Assembly: GCA_030430325.1 (NCBI GenBank)
Contig: JAUIFR010000001.1
Location: forward strand, 387 to 64,386
Direction of reading: 5' to 3'
Length of the DNA: 64,000 nucleotides
Origin: Bacteroidia bacterium
GTDB taxonomy: Bacteria; Bacteroidota; Bacteroidia; Cytophagales; Cyclobacteriaceae
Positions within the stretch are counted from its first letter, which is position 1. Each line of letters starts with the position of its first letter. Positions 1-8,658 of the stretch are shown one piece after another. The position numbers and the translations under genes were made by a program. The notes below the pieces were generated by a model that was not told the origin of the DNA, searched no databases, and saw nothing but the letters and a program-made list of their open reading frames with translations.

Positions 1-1469
1 TCTTGCATGGCGAGCTCATGGTAGATCGGATCATTTAGTAAGGGCATATTCCCTGCAGTAAGCTGAATGACCTTCTCCAAACTCCAGATCATGCTGGGTT
101 CCTCGTTCAGATTAGCCCTTGTTTTTTGGATGTTTTCGTACTTTTCGCCAAGGTTTTGCTGCAAAAAGCCCTTAAAAGCAGCAGTATTGCCATTTTTATA
201 AAAATCATAGATCTGTACGAATTGAAGGTTCGGGTCAGCAAATACAGGATGTGTTTCTACTAGACCCATTCGAATTTGCTTTTCTTGTGTTTCAAACCTC
301 TTTTGAAAGCGTTTGACAATATCAGCACCCTCGTAACTGGATCGGGCTTTGCCTAAAGCAGCCTGCTGCTCTTTTTGTATAGCTTCATAACCCATAAACA
401 GTCCAGACTGACTTGATAAGGCCGTTTGTATAGGGCCTACCCCTTCTTCGGTAACTTGTTTATGCTCTTTTTGAATAGCAAGCTCGCTTTCATCTAATAA
501 AGACCTTGTGCATGCCACCGCATTCTCTTCAAAGAGTTTTAAGAACTCTTTTTTGTCCCCTTCGCTAATATCGTCTGCTTTTTGCCCAGCTATGCCTAGC
601 ATACGATCAGCTGTATCTGCATCACCTAAGGTAAAACCTTCTTGATCAAGATTGTCTTTACCCTTACCAGGATCCATGCTAAACCAACCCGAGCCCACTC
701 TAATTTTGCTTACATTAAGCTCAGTAGCTTGTAGTTGATCAATCAATGAATTCACATGAATGTCTTGGTCCAAACCAACCTGGTTGGTTAAAAAAGCCTC
801 AATGGCTTTTGCTCGCCCACCCCCTTGAAGCAGGAGTGGACGAATATATTGAAATTCCACTTCACTTGAACTTGCACCATGAGCGACCCATCGAAGTTTA
901 TCGGTAAGATCAAGGTCAGTACCAACCAATGCCGAGGCGCTAAGCTGACTATTGAGCTCATAAAATAGTCGATTACACAGCCATTGATCAGCAAACAATT
1001 GTTGTTGCTCTGTTGAACTAAGATTACTCAGCAATAGTGCTGCTTCACCATCGGGAAAGTCCGTAAAATTACCCATCAAGCTACTCTCAGCCTCTACGAG
1101 CTCTCGTAAACGCTCTAAACAAGAATGCTTAGAGCTTTTTGCCTCAGTTGAACCTTGCATCTGATGCAATAGCTCCCGCTCCTTTGGCCATGGATTACTT
1201 GTTTGCATCAAGTTCATGAGGTAGCGTGAACGCTCATCATCACTCAGATGAGAAAGGTCTACAATACCGTTACTAGTGTTATTATTACCATTCGAGCTAC
1301 CACCTACAGCATCCTGCCCAAATTGAGTATGGGTAGAACTATCCTGCTCTCTATTATTCTTACGTTGCAGCGGCGTACTTTCATGCTTGTGGCCCTGCTG
1401 CTTTTCGGCATCATCGTGTAATAATTCCCCCACGTAGTTTGTATTCAAATCATAAGGCTTAGCGAAATA
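1..1469 (-). CDS. 5' part of a large protein of unknown function; the ORF stays open to the window edge and continues leftwards
   Basis: My own minus-strand translation gives an uninterrupted frame, YFAKPYDLNTNYVGELLHDDAEKQQGHKHESTPLQRKNN...DLSHLSDDERSRYLMNLMQ...IYHELAMQ, running off position 1. It is missing from the ORF track because it is truncated by the window. Candidate starts are TTG 1448, GTG 1433 and ATG 1217. The ATG at 1487 is cut off by an in-frame TAG at 1470-1472. Confidence 0.6.
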
Positions 1470-1730
1470 CTAAGCATTCCAGTCCATTGTATATGTATTA
1501 ATACCAATTGGAGGAAAAATGTTACCCTTGTTAAAATACAATTTTATGAATCAGGATATAATTCTTTGAAAAGCAATGATTTGTAAATAATGAATACATT
1601 TTTATTGATACATATAGCATTGATAAATAGATTATTAATAAGTATTTGTTAGCAAATTGTGGGGATTAAGTGGGTTAAAACATACGGATGATATTGATTT
1701 GCGGCATCTTGTTTTTGTGCAATATTTTGT

Positions 1731-1771
1731 CTGAATCACGGATAGCCGCAGATGTAACGGATTACACGGAT
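1731..1771. repeat. Left copy of a 41-nt inverted repeat built from CGGAT-like units
   Basis: The sequence ctgaatcacggatagccgcagatgtaacggattacacggat matches the reverse complement of 3376-3416 at 38 of 41 positions. Confidence 0.85.
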
Positions 1772-1881
1772 TGAATGATTGGATTAAAACTTCAAAAGCT
1801 TGGGTAACAACCTGATCTAAATTGGTATAAAGTAATAATTATAAAAAGATAATGTGTGCTACAACTACAAAATAAGAATTT

Positions 1882-2247
1882 ATGGACCAAATGATACATA
1901 AAGAGATCACACGAAAAATTATTGGAAGTGCATTTCAAGTGCATTCTTTTTTAGGCAATGGCTTTCAAGAGGTGATTTATCAAAGGGCTCTTGGGCTTGA
2001 GATGTCTCAAAAGAACTTAAACTTTCAGCGAGAATTATCTCTAGACATTTTTTATAAAGAATTTCATGAACCTATTGGCACTAGGAGGGTAGATTTTTTG
2101 GTGGAGAATAAAGTGCTTGTGGAAATAAAAGCAATTAGTAGGTTTGAAGATGTGCATTTTACTCAATTATTAAACTATTTGAGGGTATACAAATTGGAAC
2201 TGGGTCTACTCATTAATTTTGGTGAACGCAAATTATATAAAGTCTAA
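1882..2247 (+). CDS. GxxExxY family protein (PD-(D/E)XK-like), with its 3' end replaced by an IS630 insertion
   Basis: The 121-aa ORF carries the signature G-F-Q-E-V-I-Y and the family-typical GLLINFG near its end. The last codons, AAA GTC TAA, lie inside the IS terminal repeat. Confidence 0.8.
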   Translation: MDQMIHKEITRKIIGSAFQVHSFLGNGFQEVIYQRALGLEMSQKNLNFQRELSLDIFYKEFHEPIGTRRVDFLVENKVLVEIKAISRFEDVHFTQLLNYLRVYKLELGLLINFGERKLYKV

Positions 2248-3341
2248 TAATTAATTTCACATACTTTAATTAAAATAGCATTAGGTTTTTGTAAGTGTGA
2301 AAACATTTTCCAAAAAGCAATTTTTCGATCTATTAACGTGTTGGTAAAGCGATTATGAGTAATGCTCTTTCTCATATACCACCAAGCACGTTCAATTGGA
2401 TTTAACTCGGGGCTATAAGGTGGCAAGTAAAAAAGTTCCAGTTTTGGGTGTTTTTTAAGCCACTTTTTAAGTAATTTAGCATGGTGGTATCGTACATTAT
2501 CAAGCACCATAATAATTTTACTGTGATGGCGATATTGAAAAAGAATCTTCTTTAGATGCTTCTTAAAGCTTTGATAGTTGCCTTTTGCATGAAAGCTCAC
2601 TGTGATTTGCCCTGTTTCAAAATTATAACTTCCCATTGCGGTTAATCGTTCTCTTTTGCGTTGTTTGCAACACACCATGGGTTGTTTTCCTTTTTTAGAC
2701 CATTGATACGACAGGGTAGCTGTATTTGATAAAGAAAACTCATCTTCAAACAATAATACCGTATCAGGTGGACTTTCTAGCAGTTTTTTTTAAGCTTTCT
2801 TTAAATAGTTCTTGTTTTTGCTCATCAGCTTCTGGATAAAATCCTTTTGACTTTTGATAACTAAACCCCAGGGACTTTAATATATTATATATATGTGACC
2901 TGCTATATTCAATTCCTAAGTGATCTTTTATCCAAACCCTTAGCAGTGGCCCATTCCATGTTTGTGTATTCCATCCATAATCTAGCGGACTTTCCTCTTC
3001 TAATAGCCTGATCAGACGTTTTTTATCAGACTCCTGTAATTCGCTAGTTCTACCTCTACCTGGCTGATCATGAAGCCCTTCAACTCCTGATTTATTGAAT
3101 CGATGAACCCAATTGGTGAGCTGCTTCGAGCTCATATGAAAAACGTCTGATAAACTATTGCATGATTTCCCTAATGATACCTGATAAACTGTGTAAAGCT
3201 TTATCCCCACCTTATAATCTCTATTCGAGTCAATTAGATCCTTTATTTGAGTGCTACTATAACCCTCAACTGTTACTTGTTTTCTGCTCATCTTTTTTGA
3301 GGGCAAAAAAATGATTTAATTCGTGATTATTTATTAGACTT
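2238..3341 (-). mobile_element. IS630-family insertion sequence
   Basis: Terminal inverted repeats are (ta)aagtctaataattaat at 2238-2256 and attatttattagactt at 3326-3341. TA dinucleotides flank the element at 2236-2237 and 3342-3343. It encodes an HTH part plus a DDE transposase part. Confidence 0.8.
2244..3306 (-). CDS. IS630-family transposase split over two frames (HTH part 2764-3306; DDE part 2244 to about 2790)
   Basis: ORF A has the wHTH/HTH sequence (...GRGRTSELQESDKKRLIRLL...). ORF B has LLFEDEFSLS...VLDNVRYHH...PPYSPELNPIE, typical of a DDE_3 domain. The track start for ORF B is an internal TTG. The frames switch at an A8 run (T8 on the plus strand, 2784-2791). Confidence 0.8.
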
Positions 3342-3375
3342 TATGTAAATTTCAAACGGTTTGTGCTATCGTGAC

Positions 3376-3416
3376 ATCCGTGTAATCCGTTGCATCCGCG
3401 GCCATCCGTGATTCAG
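3376..3416. repeat. Right copy of the 41-nt inverted CGGAT-type repeat
   Basis: The sequence is atccgtgtaatccgttgcatccgcggccatccgtgattcag. The CHAT gene stop codon (3413-3415) lies inside its outer end. Confidence 0.85.
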
Positions 3417-6400
3417 AACTGTCGGCGCCTTCTTAACCGCCATACCATACCAACAAGCAATAAAACAGCAACAACAACACCCACCCACACCCACCAAATA
3501 CTCCTCTCAGCAACAGGTCGCATATCTCCTGTAGCTACAAACTGACCCCAGAAATAGGGATGGGATTTGATGGCATCGGCTTGTTTTAGATAGTCTAGCT
3601 TAGCTTTATGCAAAGCTACCGCCTTGTTTTCCCCATTAGCCAAATGCTTGTAAAAATGCTTCATGAGCTCCGCAGTAGTACGATCATTAGCATTCCAGAG
3701 GCTCATGACTACTGACGGGCAACCAGCATAAGTGAAGCCTCTGGCTAAGTTCAAAACACCTTCCCCTTGTACCGTTTTACCATAGCCTGTATTACAAGCG
3801 CTGAGCACAGCCAGCTCAGCTTTCAGCGGGATATTATATAGCTCAAAGGTATGTAGGGCAGCGTCTTCTAAACTATCCTGATCATCGGTGAAGTAAATTC
3901 TAGAAAACATAGGCCGGTCATCTTGTACGTTGGCGTGTGTAGCAATGTGCAGGATCTTATAATTAGGTGATTCCGTTTTAAAGCGCTTCTCGGTAGCCTG
4001 CTTACCTGAAAACAGCTGACTATTAAAGTGGGAGCTGATGTATTCCAACTCTTTTGCCGCCCATTTTAAAGGCATGAGGCTTCCGCGGACGGTGTCTTGT
4101 ACTTCAACTTTTTCTACTGGTCCACGGCCTAAGTCATCACCAGTTTTAGTAGGTAAAGGCTCAAAGCTTGGCGCAAAGGCCAATAATTCGCCCATAGCTT
4201 CAGCACGCTCTTCTTGCTGGCTTTTTAGCCAAAGTGTGGCGGAATTCGCATAAGAAATGGGGTGATGATACACTAAATAATCCAGCAAATCGTATTTTAA
4301 GGTCTTTTTAGGTTCGCTGGCAAGCAAAGCCTCAAAGGGTACTAGTGCCATGATGCCATCAGGTACAATAAAGAGCTGATCTTGCTCCTTCAAGTACTTT
4401 TTAACAGGATTAATGAATGTATTGTGCAAAATTCGTGCATTTTTAGTGTAATTTTGCCAATTTTCATTCGGATTCATGACAAAAGAAGACGAGCTGATGC
4501 TTGCACGTAGTGCATGTATTTGATCAGTATAAGAACTATCTTTAGCTGTACCCACCACTTCAAAGCTTTGTGGACCGATCACAAAAGCAAATAGCGTACT
4601 GTCTCCTTCAAAGTAGGAGATCATTATTTGATTTTCAGTTAAGTGCTGCTGTATTTCCTCTACTTCAGCCACCGGGATGGTATACTTCAGCTGATAATAT
4701 TTAGGATAAGTCGTTTCTAGCTCCTTCAGCAGTTCGCTAAAGTCTTCTTTGAGCGTAAAGAGCTTGTCCTTATACCGGCTCAAGCGCTCCTTTTCCTCTT
4801 CTAATCGCTCCTCTTTTTGTTCCAACTTATCGATTTGGGAGGTGTAGAAGGAGATATCAACTCTCAAATCATTTTCTTTCTCAGCTACCGTATCTGGCAA
4901 AGCGCCAAACTTACGAGCCTGGGCCTCTTGCAAGCCACTGTATAGCACTGCAGCTTTCCCTTTTTCAGCGATAGTGAAGGCTTTGTACAGGTATTTTTTA
5001 TCCCCCGTGATATGGTAGAGGTCATAGGCGTTTTGCACAGCTCCTTTGAAGATGGCAGCAGAGGTTTTGGAAAGCTCCAGCTTACTGCCCTCGGACTGAT
5101 AAGAGAAGCGGAGGGTGTCAGTGAGCTGGATAGCCAGTTCGTAGGTTTCGAGCGCGAAGGTGAGGTCTTTGAGGTTTTTGGTTTTTTGATGGTAGTAGGC
5201 GGTGAGGATTTGGGCTTTCTTTCCTAAAGCTGAAATATAATTAATTTCAAAATCTGTATAGTTTATACACTTAGAAAAAATTTCAATAGATTTTTCAATT
5301 AACTCTTTTGATTTAAAAAGATTATGCTTTCCAAATTCAAGTTCAGATAAACGTGTATATATAAGCCCAGAAAGAGGATTAATTTCGCTCTTATAGTATT
5401 TTTTTAAATGATTGTTTGCATTAATTAAGACACTTTTAGATTTATTAAATTTATTCAACTCTTTTAAACACAAAGCCATATCAATATGCAACTTAATCGA
5501 TCCCACATTTTTATAATCATCATAATTACTAATTATCAATGCTTTATTATAACTCTCATAGGCTTTATTAAAATTCTTTACATCAAAATAAAACCTCCCC
5601 AAATACTTATAATATTTAGATAAGTAGGAGTGGTTTTCCCCTAATATTCTTTTGGCTAGATTTATTGAAAGATTCATGTACTTAAAAGATAAATCATAAT
5701 TTGCATTAACTTTGTGAGCAAATGCCATCTCAGCTAAGATACCAGGCACATTAAATTGTAAAGAGTCAGGAGTGTTTTTAAGTATTATTTCCAAAGCATA
5801 TTTATATTGTTTAACTGCAAGATTAAAATTGTTTTCGTATGTGTTTGTTACACCAACTGCGAAGAATGACCGAGCGATTGTAGGGTGATATTTGTAAAGT
5901 AGATCCTTTTTTAGGGTTAGTGATTTTTCAATGAATTCCTTAGACATTCTATGGTTTCTAATTCGAAAATAATAATACCCAAGTCTATCATACATATTGG
6001 CCAATGCCATGCTTTTATGGTTGAACTCTTTTTGAATAGAATAGGCTTTATCTAAATAGTATTTACTTGAATCAATATTTTCAGCACCATATGTAGCTCC
6101 AATAATGCTGTAACACTCAATAAGTAACTCGGTTTTTTGATTAAATTGCGATTTGATTTTATTTATTGTTTTAATAGCTTCGTTCAAATTTAAACGAACG
6201 AATTTGTTTTTAATTAAATAATATTGAACCTTTCCTAGTAAAAACTGACTTTTAGCTGTTTCAAATAAATATCTTTTTTTGTTTATATCCATAGCTTTTG
6301 AAATAAAAAGTGAACACTTTTTATGATTATTTACTTCAAAATAACAGTCTGCTATTTGATTATAAATATGAGTTTTAATACTATCATTTAGAATGTTTCG

Positions 6401-6559
6401 AGATAGATCGTTATAAATTTTTATCGTATTTCTGAACTTGCCAGAATCATACGTGCTTTTCGCTAATTTGAGTTGGGTTTTATCAAATAATTCGATATTA
6501 TTAGCCTTTGATATAAGTGGAAACATAGTAAATACTAATATGAAAAGTAATTTAGTCAT
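3413..6559 (-). CDS. Extracytoplasmic TPR-repeat / CHAT-domain (caspase-like) protease with a C-terminal membrane anchor
   Basis: The 1048-aa protein has an N-terminal signal peptide (MTKLLFILVFTMFPLISKA), TPR-like repeats and a coiled coil. The CHAT His/Cys dyad context is present (ILHIATHA; VLSACNTGYGK). The C-terminus has a TM helix plus an RRRR tail. Confidence 0.8.
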   Translation of the reverse strand: MTKLLFILVFTMFPLISKANNIELFDKTQLKLAKSTYDSGKFRNTIKIYNDLSRNILNDSIKTHIYNQIADCYFEVNNHKKCSLFISKAMDINKKRYLFETAKSQFLLGKVQYYLIKNKFVRLNLNEAIKTINKIKSQFNQKTELLIECYSIIGATYGAENIDSSKYYLDKAYSIQKEFNHKSMALANMYDRLGYYYFRIRNHRMSKEFIEKSLTLKKDLLYKYHPTIARSFFAVGVTNTYENNFNLAVKQYKYALEIILKNTPDSLQFNVPGILAEMAFAHKVNANYDLSFKYMNLSINLAKRILGENHSYLSKYYKYLGRFYFDVKNFNKAYESYNKALIISNYDDYKNVGSIKLHIDMALCLKELNKFNKSKSVLINANNHLKKYYKSEINPLSGLIYTRLSELEFGKHNLFKSKELIEKSIEIFSKCINYTDFEINYISALGKKAQILTAYYHQKTKNLKDLTFALETYELAIQLTDTLRFSYQSEGSKLELSKTSAAIFKGAVQNAYDLYHITGDKKYLYKAFTIAEKGKAAVLYSGLQEAQARKFGALPDTVAEKENDLRVDISFYTSQIDKLEQKEERLEEEKERLSRYKDKLFTLKEDFSELLKELETTYPKYYQLKYTIPVAEVEEIQQHLTENQIMISYFEGDSTLFAFVIGPQSFEVVGTAKDSSYTDQIHALRASISSSSFVMNPNENWQNYTKNARILHNTFINPVKKYLKEQDQLFIVPDGIMALVPFEALLASEPKKTLKYDLLDYLVYHHPISYANSATLWLKSQQEERAEAMGELLAFAPSFEPLPTKTGDDLGRGPVEKVEVQDTVRGSLMPLKWAAKELEYISSHFNSQLFSGKQATEKRFKTESPNYKILHIATHANVQDDRPMFSRIYFTDDQDSLEDAALHTFELYNIPLKAELAVLSACNTGYGKTVQGEGVLNLARGFTYAGCPSVVMSLWNANDRTTAELMKHFYKHLANGENKAVALHKAKLDYLKQADAIKSHPYFWGQFVATGDMRPVAERSIWWVWVGVVVAVLLLVGMVWRLRRRRQF

Positions 6560-8633
6560 TTTAATGATCGCATTATTCTTTTTATCTTGTAATGAAGGTC
6601 TTAAAAATACTAAAAAATATAATTACCCCATAACAACTAAAATGGATTCAACAAACATCTATTTTGAGAAGGCAATTGATGACCCATATTTTTGGCTTGA
6701 AGATGTAAGCAGCGCTAATACAAAAGATTGGATTATTAAACAAAATGAATATTCAGATAAAATTTTGAATGAATCTGGGAATCGAGGAAAAATCAAGAAA
6801 GAAATACGAGCGCTTAGAAGCTATGATTCTTATAATATGCCTCAAAGATATGGTGATAATATATATTATTTTGTAGCCAACGTGAAGCATAAGCAAAAAA
6901 TACTATATAAGGAAAACGTAATTACAGGAGAAATCGAAACATTCTTTGACCCAAATATTATTTTTAAAAATAAGAGTATTTATTTACAGAATGTAAGTTT
7001 TTCATCAAATGGATTATTTGTTGCACTTGTAGTCTCGCGAGGAGGTTCTGATTGGAGTAATATAATGGTATATGATGTTTCTAATAAAAAATTCTTACCT
7101 GACACTATCAAAAATGTTAAGTTTTCCAATATATCTTGGTATGAAGATAGTTTTTATTATACTGGATATGGTATTGAAAATGAAGATGATAAATTCAGTG
7201 AAACATCTAGCAAAAATCAAAATATTTATTTGCATAAGTTAGGTACCACTCAGCTAAGTGATCAAATAATCTTTAAAAGTAAAAACCCTGGTGAATTATA
7301 TAAAATTTACATAGATAGGGAATCAAAATTCATTTTTGTTTGTGGCGGAATATCCCCATCTCAAAGCAGCTCAATATATTACAAAAAAATTAATAATAAT
7401 AATTTTGAGGTATTGTTTAAAAATGACTCTAATTCATATGTTAGCATGGTTAATTCAAATAACCAACATTTATTTTTTCTAACAAACTATAAAGCACCAA
7501 ATAAAAGAGTGGTTTCTATAGATTTAAATTCAAAAGAATTAAGTGAAATCATCCCTGAAAATACCCACGCATTAACTTATACCACATATGCCCACAATAA
7601 GTTTTTTTGCCATTACATTAAAGATGTGAAATCTCATGTTAAACAATTTGATTCTGCAGGAAAGTTTGAGTCTGTTTTAGAGCTTCCTGGAATGGGAACC
7701 GTTGATGGGTTTAAAAATATTAATGATAAGAATGAGTTATTTTTTTCATATAAATCGTTTACACATCCATTAACAATATATGTTTATAACGTTAAAGAGA
7801 AAAAATTCAAAGTATTTAAAAAATTAAAATTGAATTTTAATCAAGATGATTATGTTGTTAAACAAGACTTTATTACTAGCTTTGATTCAACTAAAATACC
7901 CATTTTTATCATCCATCATAAGGATATAAAATTAAACAGCAACAACCCAACGATTTTAACAGCCTATGGATCACATGGAATTAGTTATGTGCCAAGATTT
8001 ACTTCTGCATTTATCTATTGGATAAAGAATAACGGTATTTTAGTGATTGCAAATGTAAGGGGAGGAGGAGAATATGGAGAAAAATGGCATAAGGATGGCA
8101 AATATTTAAATAAACTCAATAGCATAAAAGACTTCATATGGGCTGGTAAATACCTTGTAAACAAAAAATTTACTTCAAAAGAAAAGCTAATTAGTTTTGG
8201 AGAATCAAATGGTGGAATGCTTGTAGCAGCAGCACTTTCAATGGATAATTTTTGTAAAACAGGTATAGTTGGTGCTGCAAATACAGATATGCTTAAATAT
8301 CATAAATTTACCATAGGTCATTTTTGGAAAACAGAATATGGAACGGCTGATGAAAGCAAGGCTGTATTTGAATATTTGAATTCATACTCGCCTTATCACA
8401 ACACCGAAGTACTTAAAAATAAAGCACTATTTGTATATACAGGAGAATTCGATGATCGAGTATTCCCAGCACATTCTTATAAATATATTGCAAAACTTCA
8501 AAGTAATGAGGATAATTTTGCATTACTTAAAACCTATAAATCAGGTCATTATTTGCATATTAATAAAGAAATAAATTTGAATAGAACTGCCGATACATAC
8601 TCATTTATATGGTATATAATTGGAGGTAAATAA
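6540..8633 (+). CDS. Prolyl oligopeptidase (S9A) paralog, predicted lipoprotein, very AT-rich
   Basis: The track ORF starts at TTG 6438. ATG 6540 gives MKSNLVILMIALFFLSC, which has a lipobox. Catalytic contexts are GESNGGML (Ser), EFDDRV (Asp) and SGHY (His). It aligns along its length with the second POP at 35863-38037. Confidence 0.85.
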   Translation: MKSNLVILMIALFFLSCNEGLKNTKKYNYPITTKMDSTNIYFEKAIDDPYFWLEDVSSANTKDWIIKQNEYSDKILNESGNRGKIKKEIRALRSYDSYNMPQRYGDNIYYFVANVKHKQKILYKENVITGEIETFFDPNIIFKNKSIYLQNVSFSSNGLFVALVVSRGGSDWSNIMVYDVSNKKFLPDTIKNVKFSNISWYEDSFYYTGYGIENEDDKFSETSSKNQNIYLHKLGTTQLSDQIIFKSKNPGELYKIYIDRESKFIFVCGGISPSQSSSIYYKKINNNNFEVLFKNDSNSYVSMVNSNNQHLFFLTNYKAPNKRVVSIDLNSKELSEIIPENTHALTYTTYAHNKFFCHYIKDVKSHVKQFDSAGKFESVLELPGMGTVDGFKNINDKNELFFSYKSFTHPLTIYVYNVKEKKFKVFKKLKLNFNQDDYVVKQDFITSFDSTKIPIFIIHHKDIKLNSNNPTILTAYGSHGISYVPRFTSAFIYWIKNNGILVIANVRGGGEYGEKWHKDGKYLNKLNSIKDFIWAGKYLVNKKFTSKEKLISFGESNGGMLVAAALSMDNFCKTGIVGAANTDMLKYHKFTIGHFWKTEYGTADESKAVFEYLNSYSPYHNTEVLKNKALFVYTGEFDDRVFPAHSYKYIAKLQSNEDNFALLKTYKSGHYLHINKEINLNRTADTYSFIWYIIGGK

Positions 8634-8650
8634 TTACCTCCAATTTTTTT
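8620..8650 (+). terminator. Intrinsic terminator overlapping the POP stop codon
   Basis: Hairpin ttggaggtaa/ttacctccaa followed by tttttttt. Confidence 0.7.
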
Positions 8651-8658
8651 AGTTAAGC

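Noticed and set aside
788-994. 68-aa minus-strand ORF from the track
   Set aside because: It lies in a different frame, fully inside the much longer open frame (1-1469) that has coding character. It is probably spurious.
4038-5227. Plus-strand ORFs 4038-4253 and 5012-5227, antisense to the CHAT gene
   Set aside because: They are embedded antisense in a long ORF with clear domain content, and their translations are low-complexity. The same reasoning applies to 9232-9525, 9756-9965, 10448-10633, 11483-11677, 12469-12651, 14237-14440, 15657-15884, 16007-16454, 18138-18425, 19003-19950, 22233-22892, 23899-24129, 25315-26344, 27072-27272, 28053-28262, 28490-28841, 29334-29519, 31396-31626, 33284-33840, 35438-35872, 36572-36784, 37900-38094, 38369-38581, 39096-39359, 41521-41801, 43642-43891, 44334-44549, 45424-45813, 46097-47478, 48304-48543, 49832-50376, 51016-51377, 52953-53205, 54115-54396, 56215-57255, 58691-58921, 59477-59680 and 60519-61427.
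6438-6539. N-terminal extension of the POP ORF from TTG 6438
   Set aside because: The extension has no signal-peptide character and overlaps the CHAT coding region by about 120 nt. ATG 6540 gives a canonical lipoprotein signal.
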